DNA from: the human T2T-CHM13v2.0 reference genome, Homo sapiens
DNA: 64,000 nucleotides
Assembly: GCF_009914755.1 (NCBI RefSeq)
Contig: NC_060937.1
Direction: 5' to 3' (one strand)
In this document: positions 52,678-64,000 of the stretch, piece after piece
How the letters are laid out: every line of letters starts with the position of its first letter
Position numbering within the stretch: position 1 is the stretch's first letter
Program-made: the position numbers and the translations under genes
The notes under the pieces: generated by a model
What the model saw: only the letters and a program-made list of their open reading frames with translations
The model's database searches: none
Told to the model about the DNA's origin: nothing

Positions 52678-55600
52678 GTAGTGTCCCATGCATTCGTGGT
52701 GTTATTTTTAATTTAACAAGTCCTTCATGAGATACAAAGTCTTGCAGTAGTTCTCCAGCTGGGAGGTATCATCCACTTGGGGGTATTTATAAATGTTTAT
52801 AGGCAGTTTTGTTTTTTATAGTGACTGATGTCACTGGTGGAGGCAGAGAGAATCATTGCTCCTAACCCACGGCCAGTAGTCCTCCTCTTCCCCAAACACA
52901 TTGAGATTACAAAGGCATGTTTCTCTAATTATCTCTCTTCCTTCCTTCTTCTCTTTCCCCCTTCCTTCCTTCCATTTTTAAAATCTTTCTTTTAATTTAA
53001 TATTTTTTTCTTTCACATTTGTTTTAACGATCTCATGGTATTATTAGAGAAAATAAAATAAGAGCTTGAATTTGCCTGTGTCCCCTGGAGACAGGCTAGG
53101 ATTACTTCAGACAAGAGATGTTCAGGGAAATGTGGTAATTTCTAGAGTATGGGATAGACATTTTGGGCAAGCTGTTCTGAAAGTACTCTTTCACCACTCC
53201 AGGTAAGTAGGTATCTGTTCTATTTACTCCTTACCATCCTTACCCTGAGAAGATAAAAAAGCAATCCATTAATGCAATTTGTAATTTCTTTTCATTGATT
53301 ACACAATGTTCCAAGGCCACCTTAGAGTACCAAAGCAGCAGCAATAATTAGTACTTATTGAACACCCATTGGGTTCGACACTAGCTCTACATAGTAGACC
53401 ACTGTGTGAATCTTTAATAATTCTGCTACTGCAAAGTTCAATGGAAAATAGACAGACAAACAGCACGTTTATATCAGGTGGGAATTTATCTTTTCAAGTA
53501 TATAGTCATAATTTAATTCGAATTTACAATTTTCCCTGTGCTGATTAAATTTACAAGGATTTATTCTTTCTCTGTCTCTCTGTTTCTGTCTTTTTCACTT
53601 GGTTCCCTCAGTTACCTACTTATTCTTGGTAACTATAATTGCCAAATGAAAAACAGCTGCAACTTCTTTTGGCATAATTATATAACTAGTAAAAAATAAG
53701 ACCAATGTTGATGTACAACACTTGGTTTTGACTATGACATTGTTCAATGTTTCTCTGAACTTCTTTTCTTAGAGTCTAATCACTGATATGTAGAACATAT
53801 ATACTAGAAAACCCTTGTTTCACACCCACCGAGAGGGGAAACATGCAGACACATCAAATGTTAAAGAAGCGTGAGAAGCATGCTATTGAACTATTTTCTA
53901 TCACTGGATTTTGGGTTTGCTTTATTCCTTTTAATGTAAACTGTTCTAAAGTCAATTATTAAAATCCAAGTTAAGTTGAGAAGGTGTGAGAAAGGGGTAT
54001 TGGGTTGATAAGCAAGTCAATGACTTAAGTATGGCACCTTGTGATTTTTCTTACTCCTTATCCCTGATATCCCTGGATGCAAATAGTGACAATCCATGTC
54101 TTCCTAACAAATAAATCCGGCTATGAAACAGTTAATTTTGCCAATGATTTGTATTAATATGAGTATTTGACTGTTATAGATGAATAAGTAAATAAATAAC
54201 AGTGAAATAATGAACTTGTTCAGAATTTTGTAAGAATTAAAATGATTCAATGCTTTTCTTTATGCTTTGATGTCTTTTAAGTAATTAATATCATAATATA
54301 TTGTTGCAAGTACAAAAAGCTTGCATTTCCTAGAACACTGCTATTGAAGAGATCTTTTTGATCTTCATTCATTTTTAATTACTAGAGTTGTGTTGATTTT
54401 CAGTTTTTGCAATGGAATATCACACAAAGCACACTAGTGCATAAAGGAATGGGTAAAGATCCCAGTGCACTCTTCTTTTGATTTTACAATTGATATTTTT
54501 AAGTACTATGTTAGATAAAATACTAAAGCCTCCAGCAGGAGAGTGAATTTACCAAAATAATTCTATATAAAGATATTGATTAAAATTTTTAATAGAGAGT
54601 ATAAGGCATCAGAACATTTGAGTATTTTATTTAAAGATCCATAGCCAAATAAGTAGAACTTATTTTTATAACTTTATGGCCTTTAATAACAGTATAACTA
54701 TTTAACTATGAAAACCTGTTCACCTGCCCAGCATGAATGCTATCCTTTCTGCCATAAGCATCTTCCCTTTCCAAAGTTTACACATTTATTCTTTTAAAGT
54801 GATTTCTCTTATCTATTATATAATGAGATAAAATCACCTTTGACCTTATTTGGGAGATAAGGAAAAAGAGCATATTCATCTGGTTGCATATGAAGAAATT
54901 AATTATGAAGTAGTTACGCCCTGTGCTATATTGCTGATATGTTTAGTGTTTTAACAAAAATATTCCATTTTAGATTCGATTTTTTAAAAACGAAAAAGAT
55001 GTAAAGATCCATTAAGAAGATTCAAGTGAAATAATTCATTGAAAATATGCAATTATATTAAAATCTAGTATACTATTCTAGCAACCTATTAAAATACTGA
55101 AAGTAACACTAACCACAATTCTATTAGGTATGCATAATATAGATAATACTGTAGTCATAATGTATATATATATCTCAATAAGGGGGGACTTTATATTATG
55201 ATTTCTTTATGTGGTGATATCATATCAATGATCTAGGAAAATACTTATATTTTTATTAACTACAATAAGCTGTTGACTTAAAATGACTTATTAATGTGGC
55301 ATGCTAATATGTTTTAATATATATCCATATTTAGAAATGGTATATATCTGAGCAGGCTCCCAAGTCATAGAGTTACACTTAATTTAATGAGATGTGTAGC
55401 CCATCCTGCCAGAAATTAGTATTAGTATGATCCTTTTATCTAATAGCTACTACTAACCTGCACACCAGAAATATTTTTTAATATTAAGTGACAGTTCATC
55501 AGGAATAGAATTTATATGTAATAATACCCTGAGGAATTCTAAAAATTGAGATTTTTGAAAGACAAAAATGTCTTAGAGAACCAGTAAACATATAATAAAC

Positions 55601-55797
55601 CAAAGAGACAATAAGTGAATATGAAATAGGTTATATAGAAGTTTCTGTATGGATGCCAATGACGTTATCACAAAGAAGTCTTCTCATGACCTCAGAAACA
55701 AGTTGGGTGGCATATAGAGCAACCATAAGCAAATAAACCTATACAGGTTATGAATCACATCTCAGAGAGCATTTAGGATCAAAAGCTTGAAAGTAGT

Positions 55798-56145
<348 letters not shown>

Positions 56146-56573
56146 TTAACATTTGATTAAATCCAGTATAAAAAATATGATTCCAAAAGTGCTGAAGACA
56201 TTCAGCTAAAATTTTTGGGTCGATGGAAACTGGATAACATCACATATAACACAACATACGCCTTTTAAAATCTGTCTCTCTGCCCAAAGTTCCGCGCCCA
56301 AATAGCAAATTCCTTGTCAGCATATCCATTTATATGATTCCACTTACCTTTCCTATACCTCCTTTCTAAAAGTCTACCTAGGGTCCTATAGGAGTTGGCA
56401 AGACTAAAGCTATTTAAGCCCAACTGACGGTTGCTCCTTGAGAATACCTGAAGTCTTTCATTTTACTTCAGTACACAGAGATTAGATGAAGTAATATGAA
56501 ATCAGTCTGTGATGTGGTAAGTAGAATAATTCTTCCCCCACCCCCAAAATGTCAAAGTCCTAATCACTAGAAT

Positions 56574-56978
56574 TGTCTCAGTTGTTTTGCAATCTTAATT
56601 TCTTTTTGACATGTAAGGTATCATATTAACAGGTCCTGGTAATTAGGTTCCACAGGCTGTACAAGAAGCATGATGCTGACATCAACTTGGCTTCTGAGAG
56701 GTCTCAGGAACCTTACAATCACAGAGAAAGGTGAATGGGGAGGCCAGCACTTCACATAGCCAGAGCAGGAGGGAGAGGGGGCGAGGTGCCACACACTTTT
56801 AAACAACCAGATCTCATGATACCTCTATCACGAGAACAGCACCAAAGGGATGGTGCTAAGCCATTCATGAAGGATCTACCCTCAGCATCCAATCACCTCC
56901 CAGCAGGCCCCACCTCCAACACTGGGGATTAAAATTTGACATAAGATTTGGGTGGGGACACAGATCCAAACCATATCA
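56574..56978 (-). mobile_element. MSTA-like MaLR LTR
   Basis: 'ttttaaacaaccagatctcatg', ending gatttgggtggggacacagatccaaaccatatca. Confidence 0.88.
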
Positions 56979-57000
56979 GATACTATCATCTTTGGGTTAT

Positions 57001-57054
57001 TGTGTTAGTCAGGGTTCTCTAAAGGGATAGAACTAATGGGATATATATATAGAA

Positions 57055-57089
<35 letters not shown>

Positions 57090-57136
57090 CCCGTTAGTTC
57101 TATCCCTTTAGAGATGTATATATATCATTATATGTA

Positions 57137-57167
<31 letters not shown>

Positions 57168-57620
57168 GAGTTTATTAAGAAGCATTAACTCATGTGATCA
57201 CAAGGTGAGGATCCACTATAGGCAAGCTGAGGAGCAAGGAAGCCAGTTCGAGTCCCAAAATCTCAAAAGTCAGGAAGCTGACATTGCAGCCTTCAGTCTG
57301 TGGTCAAAGGTCCAAGAGTCCCAAAGCTGAAGAACTTGGAGTTTAATGTTCGAGGACAGGAAGCATTCAGCACTGGGGGAGAAAGATGGAGGCTAGAAGA
57401 CTCAGCTAGTCTAGTCTTTCCACGTTCTTCTGCCTGCTTTTATTCTGGCCATGCTGACAGCTGATTAGATTGTGCCCACCCAGATTGAGGGTGGGTCTGC
57501 CTTTCCCAGTCCACTGACTCAAATGTTAATATCCTTTGGCAACACCCTCACAGACACACCCAGGAACAATACTTTGCATCCTTCAATCCAATCAGTTGAC
57601 ACTCAATATTAACCATCACA
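57001..57620 (-). mobile_element. MLT2 solo LTR with (TG)n/(TA)n microsatellite
   Basis: tgtgttagtcagggttctct...actcaatattaaccatcaca. Flanks gttat/gctat. Confidence 0.92.
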
Positions 57621-57699
57621 GCTATCTTCTTAATTTTCTACCCTTTCACTAAGAGGCTTCAAGATTCTGCCTCCCTAGCCTGCTCTTATGCATTCTGCT

Positions 57700-58390
57700 G
57701 CTATTCCTTGAGGTTCTACCTTTGACCCAATCTTCTAGTTTGACTTCTAATAGCTGAGTGATCTCATCGATAACCAGCATTCATTCATTCTTATATAAAG
57801 ATGTTTTTCAGATACATATTTTCTACTCAGATATCTATCCTAAGTTTCAAAACTGCATATTTCACTGTCGGGCATGAACCTACATTGCAAGTTGTTAATC
57901 AAGCTCATTATATCAACAGTCTTAATCCCTCCTCTTTGAATCAAGCTGACACTCTTTTGTTCCTTAAGTTGTGATATACAAATTTCTGTCTTACCAATCT
58001 TTCTTCTATCTGCCTTGCCTCAATTCCTACAATAGACCAAAGATATTTATAATTACTTAAATACATTAGACTATTTCATATCTCCTTTCTCTGGTTGCAG
58101 TCATCGTTCTACCTGGGATCCATTTATTCTTATGACACTTCCTAAGCTCACTCTAGCTGGATGAAGTGCCCCTTATCTGTGCCCCCTTCAGACCATGCAC
58201 AGTCTTTTTTCTTTCTGTTTTAGCGTTCATCAAATGTTATTGATTTTTTATTTTAGCACACATCTCTAACAGCCAGCATGAGCAATGCTTTTCAGAAGAA
58301 AGAATTATCTCATTTTGTTTCCCATTGCCCAACCATGTGATAGGCACTGATCAAAATAGGCAATGAATAAGTATTTGTTGAATGAAAGTG
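57700..58390 (+). mobile_element. L2 fragments
   Basis: Ends with the L2-type 'aataagtatttgttgaatgaa'. Confidence 0.5.
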
Positions 58391-59051
58391 AATTGAAGAT
58401 GTACAGAAGCCTATTAATACAATTGCCATACTTTCTCCAGTAAGGCTTCAAATCCTCAGCCAGAATTAAATAAAATATATAATGGACTTACTCAGGTTTG
58501 GCCATCAGTAAATGTGCACAAAAGATATCAAGCAATATCTCTTAGTGTGAATATATTATGGGTTTGGGCTTTATAAGATGACAAATCACATTAGAATTAT
58601 GTTGGAAAATTATGATAATGGCTGGGCATTGGGAAATAATTAAATACTATAATGGGGAGAAAGAGTAAAGGACATTAGGAGTTGACACAGGGAGTTATAC
58701 TAAAAGAAAAAATGCATGTTTGTCATCCAACCAGAATGTAAAATCTTGGAAGTACCAAGTGATAGTAGTAGTTCACCTATAACTTTTAATCTAAATAATA
58801 TATTATTACCTAACTGAAAAGTATATATTAAATGCTCTTTAAGGACTATTTGTTAAGACTTACACGTTTAATTACTCATATTATAGCAAATTGGATTCTG
58901 AACATGTTATCTTTGCAACAAAATTTGAACTATAAGACGTATTTTCTCTTTCCAGTTTCTGTATTCTGAGTAACAGACTTTCCTGGGCGGCCTTGTATAA
59001 CAGCTCCTTGAAAATGCCTGGATGAATTTTCTATAGTACATGATGACCTCA

Positions 59052-59428
<377 letters not shown>

Positions 59429-62400
59429 TTATTGCTATCTCCCTCTTTGATATGGCATTTAAGTCCCATGTGGTATTACAGAATATATTTCTTGTTGAAT
59501 GGAAGAGGAATGGACAGAGAAGATATTTGCTAGAGCAGAAAGAAAGAGGGTCTGGGATCAAGGGCTTCCTCTGGCCTAAGAGGAGTGATATATGAAGAGA
59601 CAGCTATGTATTAGAATTGAGAGTAGTATGTGTTGACAGGTGTTGGGTTTGTCTGGAGTAAGAAAATTGTGAAAATCACGTCTAATGATTTTAGGCTTAC
59701 CAGAGAATGAAGAAGCAATGTCACCCGCTAAATGAGACAAGCAGAGATAATATTGAAAGCAGAAGGAGATCTGGAAACTTGGAAAGACCTGCCATAAGGC
59801 AGCCTAAGTGAATCCACAAAATAATAAAATAAAATGATTGATAAGTAAAAATAAGGGTTTGATACAAATTATGGTTTGATAGCAAAGATTATAGTGACCC
59901 ATTCAGTAGAACCTTATGATTTTGTCCAACACTGCTTTAAAGTGCAGAAGCAAATTAGAGGAAATGAGATTAAAATGTTGACCAAAGGCTGCAAATGGCA
60001 TGGCAAGTAGCGAGGAATGTCAAGAGAGAAAATATTTCAGGATGTGATGGATAATAATGAAAAAACTTGAGAATAACTACGTATCTATGATGCAAGGTGT
60101 TGTTTATGAATTACTGTAGGTCAAGATAAGTATGGATAATTTTAGAATTTGTTCTGTCCCATTGGGATTTATTACAGTAGAAGTTTATGTGAAGTAGAAC
60201 GTATATTCTTTCTTAGATGTTTAGCTTTCAATTATAATTAATATCTGTTAATTCTAATTCAAACAATCTATATATTAGAATAGAAAAAGGTATTCTATGA
60301 GTAAATGTTATGAATTAGATTCTTAGATTCTTAGCTAAATTTTACACAGTGTAGGTAGAAAAAGTGAACTCAGAGTCATTTTAGCAAACTATTAGAAATG
60401 GGACTGAAGTGATACACAGAAGCTTATGGGTGGATATACAGTTTCTCAGTTCCAGAGTGCCTTGGGTTCCAATGAGGTGAATTAAAAATGAAGCCTATAG
60501 ATAGCAAACTTTTGAGATCACTGATTTTTTTTTTTAACTATACTTGGTGCTAAAGAAAAGAATCAAGCATGTATGTTATCACCTAATGGAATGGGAGTCA
60601 ACATAAAGAAGCCAACTCTCCATAAAATTGATCCAGCCTGGTGGTTAAGGACCAGGATGTATGGATCCCTCTAAGGCAGACCTGTTGGAGAAGTAAATTT
60701 CCTAAAGGAATGAATTAGAAAAATATATGAAGTCACCCATTATTAACATATAAGAATGGAATAATATGCTATGCATACTAGTTGATAGTATCCTTGGGAA
60801 TGGCTGGACACTTCCTCAGTGTGGTCTTATTTCCAACCTAAAATAGACAGCAAAGGAAAGTTCTATTCAGTGATTTCTCATTTGAACTAAGCAAGAAATA
60901 AGAATTATATATCTTTTATCAGCTGACTGTGTGCATGTTTTCAGAGCCCTCTACTTGTAAAAGCAGTAACTGCATGTATACTTGGCCATGCTCCAACTGT
61001 ATCTAATTTACCACCTTTTTGCACAGTATGAACTTTAAGCCATCCAATCAAAAACTTTTCATTTATAGCCTATGAAATATGAATGCAAATTTTCATAATA
61101 TATTTTAAAACTTATTGTTAACTGTTTTTTGGAGTTACTATTTCTGAAATGCTTATATATACCATTTAATCCTATCTATTTCTTTTCTGACTGTGTGTGC
61201 ACAGATGTGCATAACTTTATGAAATGGATACTTCTTTCTTGGAGAGCAGATTTAAAATATATTAAGTAATTATTCTAAATCCTTTAAGACATTTTGATAA
61301 TAGAGCAGACAGTATAATTTTGAGTACTGAAATCAGAAGCATTTTTTAAAGAATGTATACTCTAGAGGGAAATACTTAATATTGTTTCTTCCCGTTAAAT
61401 CAAGTAATTTTTAAATAAAATTCCAAGATATCTTTGTAAATTAATGTGCATGGTAATTCTTAATATTTTTCTTTTATTCTTCTTTCTTTCTTTCTATTGC
61501 ATCATTTTTAAAAATGTGATCAGCTTAATCTGTCTCAAGGCATAATTTAAAAATGAGAAAGGCTTTGATTTTTCTATTTTTTTTCCTTTCCCTTTTTATT
61601 GTTAATTTCAGCAACAGTGAGTGCCATGCAGACTCTTAGGAGAAGTGTTAGGGACAATAGTTTTAAGAATGATCAAATCTTGCCATGTTATTGAAGATAT
61701 TTTAAAGCTGATTCTATTGCCCTTCTTATTCTCTCACTAAGAATTGAAGAGAAGCACTTTGGGCAGCCCCTTATGATGCTATGTGCATTTCTGGTTACCA
61801 GGACGACAGATTATGGTCATCTTCTCCCATTGCCATAGAAACAAGGCTACAACAAATGTAAATTGCCTATAATTTTCTCATTCTCATAATTTGCATTCAC
61901 ATTTACATGAGCAGAGATGTACAAAAGCAGGTGTGATTCATAGCTCTTTACAGAGATGTTAAGCCTTAAATCACTATTATTTTCAATGTAAAATCAATTT
62001 AAAATGGAAAAACTCTAAAAGATTAATTGCAAGTTGTTTTAAAATATTTCTGAGTATTAAGGAAGGTTGAATCTGATATAGAAACTTTCAAACTAATTTT
62101 ACACCTTCTAAATTAAACAAAATTGAACAAAGTTCTACATCCTATATTACACTTACTATTTTCCTCATATTCTTGATGTCATCAGAAAAAATAAAAAAAT
62201 AAATCAATTACTATTTTATGTAAAATTCAATCCACAATACTATTAACTTTCTCTCATACAGTGCCAGCTACCACAAAACTATTAATGCACTATATTTTGT
62301 TCTGTATTATTCCAACAATTGTTACTTTTTGCAAAACAATTGTAACTAACAAAAATGTCAAATTTCCATTTATGAATAGATTACTAATGTATTCTTTCAT

Positions 62401-62564
62401 TCACTCACTAAAAAATATTGTATGCAAACCACCCAGTGGTTTGTGTTCCTGGGTTTACAAAACAAACCACAAAGAACATGAGAAGCAAGCAACATAATGT
62501 GAAGTTAAACAATGGGCTTTTAATTTAATAATGTTTAATAAAATATAGAATGGAATAAGTCATT

Positions 62565-62680
62565 TTTATCACTTTGAGTCTCAAGTTATCACCATATAAA
62601 TGGGGATAGCAATAACACCTGCTTCATCAATTTTTTCTAAGTCAAATGAAATAATGCAATTGAAATTATTTTGCACTTGG
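62565..62680. mobile_element. MIR fragment
   Basis: 'ctttgagtctcaagttatcaccatataaatggggatagcaataacacctgcttc' is the MIR core. Confidence 0.6.
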
Positions 62681-62777
62681 TCAAATTTTATAAATATAAA
62701 TATTATAATATTTTATAAATATTATTATAACTTTCAGAAAGTTCATAATATATTAGAAGAAGTTAGACAAGTATATA

Positions 62778-63040
62778 CAGTCTGGCCTCTGTATCTGTGG
62801 TTCCATATCTGCTAATTCAACCAACCATGGATAAAAAATATTTGGAAAAAAATAAATTCCACAAAGTTCTAAAAGCAGAACTTTAATTTGCAATGCACTT
62901 ATGACTACATTAAATCCACGCAAATTAAGTGGTGGATTAATTGGCATGGATTTATTGTATTAGGATATTATAAGAAATCTAAACATAATTTAAAGTATAT
63001 GGGAGGATGTGCATAGGTTGTATGCAAATATTATGCACCT
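62778..63040 (-). mobile_element. MER2/MER2B (Tigger) DNA transposon fossil
   Basis: ta|cagtctggcctctgtatctgtgg...ttcaaccaacc...gggaggatgtgcataggttgtatgcaaata. Confidence 0.8.
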
Positions 63041-64000
63041 GAAATATTTCCCCTTTATTTAGTTTCTATTGTTGCACTGAAGTCACAATGTGGAGCTGGA
63101 TCTTATCTACACAAAGAACAGTGATGCAGCTTTGATTTGCCTTGTTCTTTGTAATAACCTCTCTTTCTCTCAGACTCTGGCATTTGATTGAATGGAGTTA
63201 GATCAGGAGATAATCTGAGAGGCTATCCAATCAACATGCTTATAGTGTTCCTTCATCTCTCCACACAAAGACTGAAGTGTTCTCGGTCAAGGAGCTGGCT
63301 GTGGAGCCACATTGTCACCTCAGTTTTCCTTTCTTACTCGAATGTACTTTGTGCAAATCAAGGAGAGGTGGCAAACTGGTCAAATCTGCTGGCCAAATCC
63401 TTTTATTGTCCATGGCCCTAATATGTAACAATGGTCTGTGGCCTACCATGATGATCTTATTTTTCCAAATGACTCCATTTTCAGAAAATAATCACAGGCA
63501 TTACCTTCTGGGAAGGCATGAGGTAGGCTTACCTGCTTTGTATAATAAATGTAAACATGGATTAAATTATTACCTTACATCTTTTAGAAATGTTCAAAGG
63601 AATTTTTTTTTAATTTTGGATATGATTATAAAATGAATGAATTATCCGGGAAGCACTAAACACTCAGTACAGAGAAAAAACATATTCTGGTTTATAGCAG
63701 TAAAAGTTTACATAGAATTTAAATGTATTTAGTGTAATATTAATTATCATTATCATTCCCCCACCCAATCATAGTATTGATTAAGTCTCTATTCAGGACT
63801 TAGTACTTCTACCCTGATTTTGTTCTCGTGTTCTTTTTTGTGTTAAATTCCTAGCTACGTTCCTTTCAATTAGGTTGACAGCCCCTAAATATCAGGACAA
63901 AACATAAATTGTAGAGTATAATCAGTCAGTTAGAAATGTCTGTAAAATGCAATACTTTTTTCATAGCTACCCACTTTATCAACTGTATTTCTGTTTATCT

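Overview
AT-rich primate, most likely human, genomic DNA. It is non-coding (intergenic or deep intronic) and dense in repeats, and I found no supportable host protein-coding gene, RNA gene or CRISPR array. The main feature is a near full-length, decayed class I endogenous retrovirus on the minus strand (34256-42837). It retains both LTRs, a tRNA-Pro-like PBS, gag, pro, pol, env and a PPT, and its env is of the HERV-IP/HERV-P(b) type. The rest is Alu, L1, MaLR/MLT2 LTRs, ERVL internal sequence, DNA-transposon fossils and microsatellites. I did not find a new gene system. The unusual signal is structural. A 580-bp inverted duplication with about 99% identity (19126-19705 vs 21215-21794) flanks a 1.5-kb spacer and interrupts an old L1. 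Several smaller fold-back, template-switch-like inversions also occur (17.8-18.0, 32.5-32.7 and 57.0-57.1 kb). There is also a ~30-bp L1 insertion with an apparent 20-nt 3' transduction, a very young AluYe-type insertion, and a truncated Alu at the poly(A) signal of the proviral 3' LTR. Repeat subfamily names come from recognition by eye, not from a database search.
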